Of a stretch of DNA of 64,000 nt, positions 42,701 to 55,856 are shown piece after piece; positions within the stretch are counted from its first letter, which is position 1; every line of letters begins with the position of its first letter. The stretch is from assembly GCF_006345805.1 (NCBI RefSeq), contig NC_042999.1, positions 18,972,001 to 19,036,000 on the forward strand. Reading direction: 5' to 3'. A program made the translations under genes and the position numbers. Under the pieces are notes generated by a model. The model saw nothing but the letters and a program-made list of their open reading frames with translations. It ran no database searches and was not told the origin of the DNA. The DNA is from Octopus sinensis. Taxonomy: Eukaryota.

Positions 42701-45700
42701 AATCTGACCCGTAACTATCAAATCCTTCATTTTGCCCAAATTCAGACGGAAAACCCTAGCAACGATGTCGTGTCGATGGGTGTGAGATTGACCCGGGAGG
42801 ATTTCGAGAGTGATTTCGTCGCAGCTGGGATTGCACGTGTAGGTGAAAAGAGGTCCGGCCGGCCGTAAATGCGCACGTAGGTCAAGGCGTCTTGGGTCCT
42901 TTCACGCATATATCGCGGTCCTCCCGTGAAGGTGGAGGGTAGAATGCATGGCTTGCCGATGTTGCGAGGGTCATTTTCTTGTGTTGCAAACCGTCACGGA
43001 GATGAATGTAGGAGTCGGAGCGAAGTTTGGTCTGATTAAGTTAATGTATAGCAGCCTTTCCGATTCCATTTTTGCGGCCATGTCGACGGCGAACTGGTTG
43101 AATAGCTGACGACAACGGGGCAATAAGTTGAACTCACCCTCCCTGACCATGAACCGGTATGAGTAGAACGCCCTGCAGGAAACCGTCTTTGATGCCGCAG
43201 TAGTTTGATTGGAGGGCTGCCGTAAAGGAATTCCGAAGTGGTAGCCGTCTTCCCCATAAGGGAAAAGCAATGGATACTGAAGCGCGTCATAAGATCTGTG
43301 AGTCTCGCTGATCCTGTGTAGGTTGTTACCACGGGAGGAGATGATTATGTCACGGCTGTTGTGTTGCTCTCCGTGTATAACTGCGGCAATTTCGTTGCAC
43401 GCAGGTGCGTTGAAACGGCGTTCGTGCCCCCGGGGTCGTTTATCAGCATCAATGACAACGGTGACGTTTGGAGAATGGAGCACTGTCCAAGGCATATCTG
43501 AAGCTGCAGACGTAGCTGTTGATATCATGAAGCATGGTTGGAGACGGAGAAGAATGTCTTTGCGGGGAACATAGCTTGTACCCGGTATTATTCCAAGGCG
43601 TGCATCAACCTGGTGGTTGTAGTCGGCAATGAAGTATATTTGGAGAAAGAAGACTGCTGAATCTCGTCTGGCAGAAGTGACCCAATAAGATGGTAGACCT
43701 GTCCCTGCACTTTGAAAGTAGGCATCCAGCCTTCTCTGGGAGGAATTTTGGCCCCGAAAGAGGTCATTTGGAATGAGCAGTTGTACTTTCGAATTATTTC
43801 AAGGAATTGTGACGAATCGGGGGTTAAACCCGCCGCGAGATCCTTCAGTGGTTGAGGTGGTTCCCGTAGGGGTGGCAGGTCCACTTTGCCACCAGAGCAG
43901 CACAAACCAGGTGGCTCTCCGGGCCATTTCTTGGCTTTGCAAAACTGGCATACAATTGTCATTGACCCTATCTTGATGTCGTCACGCAAGGAGAAGTTAA
44001 TTGTGGCGTCGTAGTTGAATGCTAGTGACAACCAGAAAGCGGGGGCAGGGGTACGTACACCACGAATGATATCCCGACGTTTGTTGATACTCTCAAGTCG
44101 AGTGCACCGTGCCTCAGCAGATTCAGATGCACGTGCGACAGCGGTAGCAGTGGCATCCCTTGAAAGCCTTTCAGCTCTCGCCTCAGCACCCTCTGAAGCC
44201 CTAGCAGAAGCAGTGTTAATGCCATGTCTGGATGTCCGAATAGTCCGTTGGTGTGGAGTTTCGGCAGATCGAGCCCTGGCTGTGTTTGCGGCGTTAGCAG
44301 CTTGGCGAGCTCTCCTCTGTTGAGGTGTTTCGGCAGCTTTGGCCATGGCTTTGTTTGCGGCGTCAGCATCTTGGCGAGTTCTCCTCTGCTGTGAGGTTTC
44401 GACAGATCGTGTCCTGGCAGTGCTAGTGGCGTTAGCCGCATTCCAAATGGCCCTTTGTTCGGGGTTCTCGCGAGCTCTGCGGATGGAAGCACAGTAAGAA
44501 GCCCGCATGTTTTGGCTGGACTGTTGCTCTTTCGTCAACCTCGAGCGGAGGGAAGATCTGTACGCTGCGACCCTTGCAAGTCGGGTAGAACGGTCGCTAG
44601 TAGCTTCAGATGCCTGAGCAGCGGCATAACGGGAAGCTGTTTGCGAGAGGCGCAAGGCGGTTTCCTCGTGGGTCTCGCGTGCCCTTCTAGCCCTAGCAGC
44701 CGATGCCTTGGCCGTCCGAGGGCTGAGGAGGGTCCTTCTCTTCTTGGGTGGCATTTTGGTGGATAGCAATGTGTTTGGCAAAGGTGTAATAAAAAGGAAC
44801 ACGTGGGGTAAGTATTTTGGTGGATAGCAATGTGTTTGGTAAAGGTGTAATAAAAAGGAGAGCTCGTGGGGGGTAAGTATCCGAAAATGTATAAAAATGT
44901 ACAAAAACGGCCAAAAAGCTGGCAGCAATGTGAGTGACAACAACGAAAAAGTCAAAAGTGATCAAACTGAACAAACGAAAGGAAAAGTTTTTTGATGCAC
45001 ACGACAAAAGTGGTTTATAATAAACCAAGAGTTTGCAAGTAGCGTCCGAGGACCGTTAGGGTACGTCAAAAATTGAAGGTAAAACGTTTGGGGTGGTAGT
45101 TATAAGAAAGTTTAAACCCAAAAAGTATTCGAATAACTTGCGGCTGCAGCAGCTATTAGCAGAAGTGGCGGTGTTGGGGGAAGTCTCGAATGTAATTTCT
45201 TCCTGGTAGGAATTGGTTGGATCGAATTATCGATAGCTAAAAAGGTCAAGTTGCGTCCCCTAGACAGTCTGGTTTGTGTTTAATACACAAATTTGTTTGC
45301 TATGTGTGCCACATATGATTAAATTAACCGATTTTTTCCAATAATGTATCCTATTGGAATAAAAAGGGCTATATAGCTCCTTGGAGCAGACATGATGCTC
45401 GTTGAAAAAAAAAAAAGATTCCTGCCAATTTGTGAAAGATATTGTCGAAAATATGTCATCTTGAATTTGAACGCGATTTCCCAAAATGGCATGATTTTAT
45501 CGATGTTTCTGATGGTAAGGTATTGCATGGAAAACTAACGTCAGAATTGAGTTCTTAGGGTAACATTAAGCTTGACCATGAGTTTGGTGAAAATCGATTG
45601 CAAGTTGTGAAAACTACCATAGATAATGCGTTGCATAAAAAAAGCTTAGATTCTCGAGTTGCGTCCCCTAGACAGTCTGTGGTTCATGTTTATGATTCTC

Positions 45701-45904
45701 GACCCCATGTCGAATTTATCAATTTTTTTCAGAACTGGGGGAACTTTTCAAAATTTTCGCTTCGTTAGTTTTGAATTATGACATTGGGCTATGTGTGTGT
45801 CAAGTTTCATCAGAATCGGTTGAAAGCCGTGGTCAGGGTGAGGGTACGAGAAAACAGACACACAGAAGCACGCACAGACAAACTGCCGTTTATATATAGA
45901 GAGA
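39764..45904 (-). mobile_element. Full-length autonomous-type Helitron
   Basis: Minus strand: A|TCTCTCTATATATAAA 5' end; 3' hairpin CCCGG-GCAACG-CCGGG then CTAG|T; AT target; encodes Rep/helicase. Confidence 0.95.
39886..44754 (-). pseudogene. Helitron RepHel (23-aa repeats, Zn finger, HUH Rep, PIF1-like helicase), multiple frameshifts
   Basis: MPPKKRR start; CQFCKAKKWPGEPPGLCCSGGKV; GRPDLF..TYTCNP; VEWQKKGLPHAHIL; MVHGPCG; FFLDAPGGTGKT; IVWDECTM; GDFRQTLPV; MSINKSQGQTL; CFAHGQLY. Confidence 0.93.
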
Positions 45905-45924
45905 TGGAGACTTGTCCTTGAAAA

Positions 45925-46150
45925 TATTTATTTCTTTATTGCCCACAGGTGGCTAACCATAGAGGGTCAAACAAGGACCAACAAAGGGATTAGGTCAATT
46001 ACATCGACTCCAGTGCGTGACTGGTATTTATTTAATCGACCCCGGAATGATGAAAGACAAAGTCGACTTCGGCAGAATTTGAACTCAGAATGTAACACCG
46101 ATCGAAATACCGCTAGGCATTTCGCTTGGCATGCTAACGATTCTGTCAGT
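45925..46150 (-). mobile_element. SINE (5587 family)
   Basis: Shared core and tail. Confidence 0.8.
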
Positions 46151-46884
46151 ATATCAGTCGTATTGAAAATATTAGCCGCAAGTGTAGCAGCACATTATAA
46201 AAGTGTGCTTAGTATGTACTATTAGCATTCTGTGGATAAAATTCAGATAAGGATTCGGGTACAAACAAAACCAGATAAGAAGTAATTTTCTTTTCTTTGC
46301 GAAGAGCAACGCTGCAAGAGACTTTTCTATATCTTATGCATTTTTAAAAAAATCATGATAAACCCAACTAAATATATAAACGGTATAAAAACATTAATCA
46401 ACTATCTTTTTTTATAAACTGCAGATAATCAGAGAAGTAAAGTAAGCTACATGGATTTACTAAAGGAATTCATATGAGATTCAATTTAGAAGACTGTGAC
46501 AATACAATGCTGAAGAAAAGAGAATTATTTTCGAAAAATCTCTGCTGTTTATGTTAGTGATAATTGAGCAAACGCAAACTTATAAATACTTAGGAATTAA
46601 TGTGTAAATCTATGTGAAGGACACATAAGTAAAAATAAATAGAAACTGGAAAAAATATCATTGACGTATTTGATTAATTCTTAAAGCACTTCTAATTGCA
46701 AAAATACGTGAGGTAATTGGTTTGAATATTCTAAGTATCCTACTAATATCTTATAGATTAATTCTCCACTCATAGATATATTACTTGATCGATAAACTTA
46801 GATAAACTTAGATATGTTTCGACCAAAGATTGGTCCAGGCCATGTCTAACTTAATAGCACCAACTGATAGGATTATTCGAATCC

Positions 46885-47230
46885 TGTTTAAGTCAAGTTT
46901 TGTTTAAGTCAAGTTTTGTTTAAGTCAAGTTTTGTTCAAGTAGTGAGTTCTTGTTGGGTGAGTTGTATCCAATTATGGGTGGCTTATCTGGTATTCTTTG
47001 AAGGAATCTATCCAGACTCCGTTTAAAGTTGATGGGATCCTTTTCCTCTTTGATCTCCCTCGAGACAATGTTAAATAGGGCCTGTTGAGGAAAAGAAATT
47101 ATGTTGCAGTGTACATGTATGTTGTGATCTTGAATTGGGAAGGGGACGTATGGCCCGTGGTCCCAGTCTTGGATGAACCTTGAAGCTAATGTTTAGGTCG
47201 TTTGGGGAAAGTTGGCGGCGCTTCCTTCAT
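46885..47230 (-). mobile_element. LINE 3' fragment (CR1/L2-group-like RT C-terminus) ending in 3x16-bp tandem repeat
   Basis: Minus-strand translation ALFNIVSREIKEEKDPINFKRSLDRFLQRIPDKPPIIGYNSPNKNSLLE; TGTTTAAGTCAAGTTT x3 at 46885-46932. Confidence 0.6.
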
Positions 47231-48367
47231 TTGCAACTCTAGACAAGCGATAACGTTAGGAAGATGAGATGATGGCGACAATAACGACAACGACGACGCG
47301 ACGGTGAGGAAGATGATAAGGATATTTGTGAAATTTGAAAGCAGAATAACAAAAATGGCAACATGAGTGTGATAACTATATGATATCGTCTGCAACGTTT
47401 GTGATTGATTTTTAAGTAGATTCAACTTTGAGTTTTGTCTTTATAATATCGCAGAAACTACGAAAATCTTTTACTTTATTTGTTATGCTTTCAAAATCAT
47501 CGTCTCTATATTTACATTGCTTCTGAGCTAATTTATAAACATTTATTATTTCTAGTATGTTTAGTTGCCTATTCTTAATATATGGAGTAGAATTATATAC
47601 GACTTGTCTATAACTATATTTTTATTCTTCATAACTTTCTTGAATATGAAGAGAACTTACAATGCAATTTACTTTAGGCATTACATAAATTTACATTGTA
47701 TTCTGAAGTCTGCCACTAACATAAATTTCTGTCGTTTGTCTTTACAAAATATTCCTAGACATGACGTTAGTATTGTGCAAAATTCGACTTTATTTTTCCC
47801 ATGTAACTAAATAAATGTCATATAAAATTACACTGAATGTTAGATGAATTAAAACGTTTTTTTTAAATATTCTAAATACTTGTTTTGAAAACAATGATCA
47901 GGTATTCTCAAATGTGCTTGTACATTTTCTAATCAAATATGACACTTCACAAACAACTCTAAAATATACACTTCTATCAAACGTTTAGATCTTTCAGTTG
48001 TAGAAAAATTTTTTTAATATAGTTAGCTACATCAAAGCTTAATTAGTCTGCTGCGTCCATTCCATTCTTGCAAGTTGTTATATTTGATCAGCCTTTGCTG
48101 GTTCCTTACTCTCTCATTCTAGGTTCTGATCGAGTGGATCTATGATGTAAAGTGATTTTTCCAACTGTGACACACAGACACACACTTGTCTTAATTTTAT
48201 CGCAAGCATTATTGTCCACCATGTCTTTCCTTTCTTTAAAATCATAGAGTATGATTTGAAAAACATTTGAGAGAAGCATTCATTAAAGCCCCATGAAATC
48301 ATAACTTATCAACGCAGGAAAAGTACAGAGAGGATAACGGAGTCCATAACAAAATAATATCATAGCG

Positions 48368-48398
<31 letters not shown>

Positions 48399-48699
48399 GG
48401 TAAATGGGATACAAAGATGGATGATACGAGAATGAATTTTTGATAATCACTAAAATTGTTTCGACACATCTACCATCGATCCCTCACGGGTGGGATTACT
48501 TAGCAACTGGTTCAGGTACATCCAACTGTGCATGTGTTTTTTCGGATTATATATATAATGAATATATATATATATACATACATACTTATATATATATATA
48601 GTCACACATCATATATATATATATATATATAATATATATATATATATGATGTGTGACTATATATATATATAAGTATATATATATATATAATAATTCCCC

Positions 48700-48860
48700 A
48701 AAAGAACAAACGCAAAAATACAACAACGCGAGGACGTGGTACATGTAAAGTATTAGTAGAGGCTCAGGAAAGGAAAGATGATTTAACGTTTCGAGCAAAC
48801 GCTTTCCTTCGGAAACGGAGGCAAGTCCAAGAGGAGGGGAAATGGAAGAAGAAAATCGCC
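48700..48860 (-). mobile_element. Penelope-like terminal fragment (decayed)
   Basis: Homologous to 11310-11480 (CAACGCGAGGACGTGG..GCTCAGGAAAG..AACGTTTCGAGC). Confidence 0.4.
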
Positions 48861-49919
48861 AACGATCTATTTCACACAGCTGTAGAAATGAGTTGCGATA
48901 TCACTCATGTAACGCTGTAATGGCCTTGCGTTACCCTTGAATAACATCGGCGTCATGGTGAAGGGGCTGGTACGCATGATCGATTGCTGGCCCTCCATGA
49001 ACACTTTCCCGGTCTTATGCCTTGCAGGTGAACTCTCTGAGTGCAATCCCACGGGGGATTCACTTGCTGTATATGTAAGTAAATCTTTGCCATTAGAAAA
49101 AAGACGAAATTTCTATTTAATGATTACTTGAGCGAAAAACCAGTAATATGGCAAGCGTGTAAAAATTTGGTCAACATTTGGACATCTAATGTGACCTTTA
49201 AAATCGATTGTTTCCGTGCGCTCGCAGACACACTTTTCACATGGTCGACAGACATGAAAAATGAATGTAAGTCTCACAAACTGCTTAGATGGTTGTTGCA
49301 CTAACCTTCAGATGTACATAAATTTTGAGGAAAATGCTTCCAAACTGAATGAAATTTATCCGAATGTAACACATCTAATAAATCGAGTGAATGTAGAATG
49401 GCTTAATATAAAATTCTATCTTTAGTACTCTTCAATTCGATGAGATTTTGCAGGATTTTAGAATTACGTTCATGTTTCCCAGTTCCAAGTGCTTCATTTA
49501 GAGGTTGTTCAATTATGATTTACTTTTATGGTATGTTAAGTCGTTGTGGCATTCTAATCTAGAAGTTTTCCTGTTGCTTGTGGGGGAAGATTGACAGGTA
49601 GAAAGGGTTATAGACTGAAGGTGCGCGTAATCACTTACGTTCCTATCTTTGTCTTAATTGTTGTAGGAAATTATCAGGAAATGTTTGATAACGATTCCGT
49701 ATTTTATTGCTGCACGGTAAATTATTTTAGGCTGTTCTCACTTCCTGTGTCACATAATGCTTTCAAATAGAGCGTCCATATTACATAGTTTTGTACATAT
49801 TTTTCTATCTGGTTCTTCATTGAATATTTGGCTAATCTCCCTATGTTTTATTCATTTATTATTATTATTGTTGTTGTTGTTGTTGTTTCCTCGTTAGTTT
49901 GTTTGATTAAAATGTAGCA

Positions 49920-50200
49920 GTGACACAGTGTCAACAGAACCAGATATTAAACGACGTAGCCGTAAAGCTCGACCAGCAAATAAATGTCTTCAAAGGAACC
50001 TGGAAATCCAAACTCTCAGAAATTTTAAAATGACGTTCTTACTTGCAGTAATTGAATCTGTGCTGTTTTCCAGCGCTTCAACCTGGCCCTTAAGCAAACG
50101 TTAGGGCACTATGATGGACGGAACCTATATGCACTGGCATTTGGCTAATTTCTGCATATTTCCTAGAAAGAACAGCCCACCTGCAAAAAATTGATACAAA
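49920..50200 (+). pseudogene. Decayed RTE-like LINE RT fragment
   Basis: Pieces translate to STEPDIKRR.., TWKSKLS.., IESVLFSSASTWPLSK, DGTY, resembling RTE RT C-terminal motifs. Confidence 0.5.
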
Positions 50201-50671
50201 ATCTATGATGCCAATGAAGAAGCGCTAACGTGGAAAGATCTGGTAAATGATATCTTACTTCGGACATATCGATAAAGTCCTTATTGCATTCTTTACATGT
50301 AAAGACACAGGTCAATAATTCCACTGCTAATAATCGATCTCATCGACTGAAGATATCAAATCCTGTAGCAATAATACCTGGATAGAAGATCTCGAGTTCA
50401 CGCCGAATCCGAAAGCTCTAATTGAACACGACGAAATACTGGTGGCTCCCAAATTTTTATTCTTACCGTATGTAATGTTGTTGAGTTGTATTTAAGATTG
50501 TCGCAACAGGTTCATTCTCCCTGTCGTGCTATAAGTTTATATTGGTGTATGTTATATTGCGATGAGTCGGCAAAAATACTTATGATATATTTTGTTGTAT
50601 ATTTCTGAAATAAGCTTTCACTTATATATACTTCCACTCATCACGGACAGGCGTACAACAACACACTTACC

Positions 50672-50704
<33 letters not shown>

Positions 50705-50726
50705 GTGTGGGTATATATATATATAT

Positions 50727-50782
<56 letters not shown>

Positions 50783-50844
50783 GGTATTAGTAAATATGTA
50801 TATGTATATATATATTTATATATATATATATATATATATATTCT

Positions 50845-51215
50845 TTTGTTCTTTTACTTGATTCAGTAATTTGACTGCGGCCATACTGGAGCACCGGCTT
50901 TAGTCGAACAAATCGACAAGAGGAGTCATTCTTTGTAAGCCTAATACTTTTTCTATCACTCTTCTTTGTATAACTGTTAAGTTATGGGGACGTAAACACA
51001 CCGACATTGGTTGTAATGGTGTGGTGGGGGAGATATAAAGACACACAAATACATACTTGTATATATATATATGTGTGTGCGTGTTTCTGTGCGTGTATGT
51101 GTGTGTGCGCATACAACGGGCTTCTTTCCCACTTCCAAATACACTCACAAAGCGACGTAGTGGGACTGAACCTGAAGCCATGTGGTTGGGAATCAGGTTT
51201 CTTACCACACAGCCA
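50845..51215 (-). mobile_element. CORE-like SINE (diverged)
   Basis: Reverse-complement similarity to 32159. Confidence 0.7.
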
Positions 51216-51328
51216 CAAATGTGTTTGGCTGTATATGAAGTGCAGAATCAATATTCTTGGAAAAGGTAGCATTGAATTAGGTGAGCTAAACAAATATTCT
51301 TGCGCACATAGGCATACATCCATGCAGT

Positions 51329-51425
<97 letters not shown>

Positions 51426-51430
51426 CATAT

Positions 51431-51467
<37 letters not shown>

Positions 51468-51849
51468 TCATATATATATATATCAAATGAACACACTGAA
51501 GAGAGTATGTTTATTCATTAAATTTGTTGCTTTTGAATAATTTTCTTTACAAAGCTTTCGCCATGCTAATCATATTTTATTGAACATCGTATTGATGCAG
51601 TACGAATGCGACTATTTAATGTGTGCCAGATGTGAACATCAACAGTAACATATGAAGTTATCTCTAAAAGTATAATTAAGTTCTAAGTTAAAATATAATT
51701 AAATGCATCTGTTAACTGAATCTTATAAATAAACAATACAAAATCGCTTCGTATACTTTCTATTAGCTCTACTTGTAAAGAAATTAATTATATAGGATAA
51801 AAATAGCATATCTCTAGTTACATAAATTGGCACAAATAATGAGTTGTAT

Positions 51850-51982
51850 TTTCATATATATATATATTATATATTATATATATATATATAATATATACAT
51901 ATATATATATATACATATATATATATTATATATATATATACATATATATATACATATACATATATATATACTATACATATAT

Positions 51983-52029
<47 letters not shown>

Positions 52030-52065
52030 TATAACATATACATATATATATACATATATATATAC

Positions 52066-52109
<44 letters not shown>

Positions 52110-52137
52110 AATTCATGATATATATATATATAATTCA

Positions 52138-52173
<36 letters not shown>

Positions 52174-52410
52174 CATGATATACATATATATATATATAAT
52201 TCATGATATATATATATATATAATCATGATATATATATATATTATATATATATACCTATATATACATATATACATATATATATACATATACATATATATT
52301 ATATATATATATATAATTCATGATATATATATATATATATATACCTATATATACATATATACATATATATATACATATACATATATATATACATATATAT
52401 ATACATATAC

Positions 52411-52456
<46 letters not shown>

Positions 52457-52490
52457 ATACATATATATATACATATACATATATATATAC

Positions 52491-52541
<51 letters not shown>

Positions 52542-52614
52542 CATATATATATACATATACATATATATATACATATATATATACATATACATATATATAT
52601 ACATATATATATAC

Positions 52615-52666
<52 letters not shown>

Positions 52667-52668
52667 GC
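51850..52668. repeat. Long (TA)/(TACA) array with recurring AATTCATGA motif
   Basis: Directly visible. Confidence 0.95.
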
Positions 52669-52902
52669 AATGAACAGTATTTGTGTCTATGCACTTTACC
52701 TGAGTGCATGCATACATACATATGCAAACGTGTCTTATGTAAGGTACATGTTAGTGAGTATCGTTATGCACACACATATGTATGCATATGAGTAAGAAAA
52801 TGTGTATGTCCATATGTTTATCTAGACATTCATACATAAATATATTTATACTATTTATTAGTGAGCACATGGCAATATACATTTACAAACATGATCACAT
52901 AT

Positions 52903-53305
52903 ACTCCTTTACTCTTTTACTTGTTTCAGTCAGTTGACTGCGGCCATGCCTGAGCACCGCCTTTAGTCGACCAAATCGACTCCAGGACTTAATCTTTAAA
53001 AGCCTAGTACTTATTCTATCGTTCTATTTTGACGAACCACTATGTTACAGGTGACGAAAACAAATACACCAGCATCGGTTGTCAAGTGATGCTAGGGGGA
53101 CAAATACAGACATACAAACACACACATACATATATATATATATACGACGGGCTTCTTTCAATTTCCGACTAGCAAATCCGCTCACAAAGTTTTGGTGGGC
53201 CCGAGTATATAGTAGAAGACACTTGCCCAAGGTGCTACACAGTGGGGCTGAACCCAGGACCATGTGGCTGGTAAGCAAGCTACTTACCACACAGGCAATC
53301 CTGTG
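52903..53305 (-). mobile_element. CORE-like SINE, full length
   Basis: Reverse-complement similarity to 32159. Confidence 0.85.
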
Positions 53306-53783
53306 CCATATATATGTAATTTTTCATTTTTATATTTATACTAGCATTAATGACCCGTCATTGCCGGGTTATAGTGCTAGTGCATGTATATACGTGTATA
53401 TATATATGTGTACATATTACATGTACATCTATATATATACATCTACACATAAAATACAAAATACAAAGTTATATATTGATATCGCTAGTGATAACAATAC
53501 TCAAAATATATAACAGACTGGAATTGTTAGCCCGTCTCTTTTAATTTTGATCAATTGTATCTTGTCCTCACACTTGTATAGAAGTGTGGCTACATTCCAG
53601 CCTACCTCTACTTCTGGGGCGGGGGCATTTTAAATTTTTTTCCGGGACGTCCTACGTCCCAGATATAAATGTAAAAATAAAATATTTCCACTTTGCAAGT
53701 TCGAGTCGAGTACTCCCTTTCACGCTCCGTTGACTCGAACCTTGCTTCTATTGTGGCGAATTTATCGCCTCTGATTAGATACC

Positions 53784-53903
53784 TTTTACTGATATTCAAA
53801 ATCGTACACTGAATCTCAATTTATACATACTTTGGCTTGGAGTATATATTTTCGCGGAGAAGCTAGCGTGTCTAAATGATTAATGATGTCATATATACAT
53901 TAT
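53784..53903. repeat. 120-bp inverted repeat, left copy
   Basis: Reverse complement of 62380-62499 with one visible mismatch. Confidence 0.9.
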
Positions 53904-53945
53904 AGTCGCACCAAGACACTTTTCGAAGGTGCTTTCCTCCATGTT

Positions 53946-55849
53946 GTTTTATTATTAGCCACTAGGGGCTACATAGATGGGACAATACAATCGGGAAAAT
54001 GAATAATGAATTATGAAGTTTGTACAATGTGGTGCAATGCCCACTCGATCCCCGAAATCGAGCGGTTACATTTCGTCATTTATTTTTATTCGTCAACAAT
54101 ATTTTCCAAATAAAACATTTTATACATTTTCAACATACATTTCAAAAGTTTTACAAAGTTCAACATTTCCTTTTTTTTTCCGAATTTAAAGTTCTTTTTA
54201 TCATTTCCAAATTAAAGTTTTCACAATACCTTTTCTTTTATATATACTCCATTATGTCTACCAAATCTGAGTAAACTTCCATCGTTCGAGGCCACCTTGT
54301 AAGTCGGCATTTCATATGTTTTAACACGTTCTCGCCAGCTGCCTCGATGAACGCCTCGGCGTCGTTCTCGTGGACGAGTGCACCTGTTTCTTTCCATTCG
54401 GTGCCCATCCTGACCCACGTATATCCGTTTGTTCCGCTTATTAAATCTTCCATCTCCTCACAGTGCTTGTGATGGATCAACGTTCCATAGTACTTGAATT
54501 TTCTATTCGTACCTACGTTTTCTCTAGTTTTTCTCTTAGGACTTACTTCCTCTTTTTTCTCCTCCCTCGGTTTCTCTCTTTCTCTCTTTTTGCTTTCTCT
54601 TCTTTCTTTTTCCTTCTCTTGTCTTTTTGGCTCTTTGTCTACCGTCTCTCTACCATGTGCCTTAAGTTCCTTTCCTGTTGTTTCTTTTCCTTTTTGCATA
54701 CCATCTTTTCCTTTCTCTTGGTTCTGTTCCTTCTCTTGTTCTTTTCCTGCTTTTTCTCTTTCCTTTAATGTACTTTCCTTTTCTTTCTCTTGCTTCTGCC
54801 TTGGCTCCTTCTCCACTACTTCTGCACCCTGTGAATTTTGCTCCTTTTCTACTATCTTCTTCCCTTTGTTTTCATTTTCCTTCAGTGCGCTGTTACTTCC
54901 CTTCTCTTGTTTCTCCGTTATTTCCTTTTCCTTGTTTTCGCTGTTCTTTCCTTCGTGTTCGTTTTCCTTCTCACCACTTTGTGTCTCTTTTTGCTCCGCT
55001 GTGAATTCATACAGCGGACATTCCTTTTTTATGTGCCCTCTTGAACCGCACAGGTAGCAATTCGGTTTTCTGCCTTCCACTATTACACTAATTGTTTTCT
55101 CGTTTTCTATTTCTATTTGGAAGGGAAATCTTTCGATGTCTTCCATTGTGGCCATCAGCCACAACTCTACTCCGAATCCCTTCCAATTTACAACGTTCGT
55201 CTCCTTAATTGACCCTATTTCTACTTCCTCTTTTGCTGCCCCAATAATGGCTGTTACCAGCATTTCTGTTTTAATATTTGGGGGCACCTTTGGGACTCTT
55301 ACCCGTACCCCTCGTCTTCCTTTATACGTCGGCCACATGGTGAAATTTTCCGCTTTCAGGACAGTGGAAGCCACTTCCTTTGTTGCGCATCTCACCTCCA
55401 CCGTACCATATTTCTTTCCTCTGTCTACAAAAGTCGCTTTTTTCATGATGTCCCCCAGACATTTCTCTATTTCTTCAATCGTCACTCTCACCAGTTTTCT
55501 CGTGTTTCTATCTTGCGTTCTATACGTTATCGTCTTGTTATTTTTCTCTTCTATTGTTTCCACAGGCGGGACCAGCTTCACGCTGTCACCCTCCCTTTTG
55601 ACGAACTTCTCGTATTCCTTCAATTGTTCTTTTCTAAAGAACACTTCTTTTATTCTAAGTGACTCGTCACTTTTTGTTGTGGCGACCCCCGCGTAAGTCT
55701 CCATGACTTGAGGGTCGACACACCTTCTATAAAAGGTTCAAACACGCAGCGGCAAACGCCTCGCGCGATTCAATTTTTGACAATTTTTTAACAGTTTTTT
55801 TCCAAATTTTCACATGCAAAAAATAACTAACCAACACACTAGCTTGAAG
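53946..55849 (-). mobile_element. ORF1-only non-LTR-like element, unit A
   Basis: Single ORF, 3' tail CCCCTAGTGGCTAATAATAAAAC, flanked by CCATGTT direct repeats. Confidence 0.7.
54238..55704 (-). CDS. L1/Tx1-type ORF1 (gag-like) protein, 488 aa, CCHC zinc knuckle
   Basis: Intact ORF; CYLCGSRGHIKKEC; RRM-like N-half; long E/K-rich linker; globular-looking C-terminus. Confidence 0.85.
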   Translation of the reverse strand: METYAGVATTKSDESLRIKEVFFRKEQLKEYEKFVKREGDSVKLVPPVETIEEKNNKTITYRTQDRNTRKLVRVTIEEIEKCLGDIMKKATFVDRGKKYGTVEVRCATKEVASTVLKAENFTMWPTYKGRRGVRVRVPKVPPNIKTEMLVTAIIGAAKEEVEIGSIKETNVVNWKGFGVELWLMATMEDIERFPFQIEIENEKTISVIVEGRKPNCYLCGSRGHIKKECPLYEFTAEQKETQSGEKENEHEGKNSENKEKEITEKQEKGSNSALKENENKGKKIVEKEQNSQGAEVVEKEPRQKQEKEKESTLKEREKAGKEQEKEQNQEKGKDGMQKGKETTGKELKAHGRETVDKEPKRQEKEKERRESKKREREKPREEKKEEVSPKRKTRENVGTNRKFKYYGTLIHHKHCEEMEDLISGTNGYTWVRMGTEWKETGALVHENDAEAFIEAAGENVLKHMKCRLTRWPRTMEVYSDLVDIMEYI

Positions 55850-55856
55850 CCATGTT

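Noticed and set aside
46885-46940. Short direct repeats as a CRISPR-like array
   Set aside because: Contiguous 16-bp tandem units without spacers, in eukaryotic DNA.
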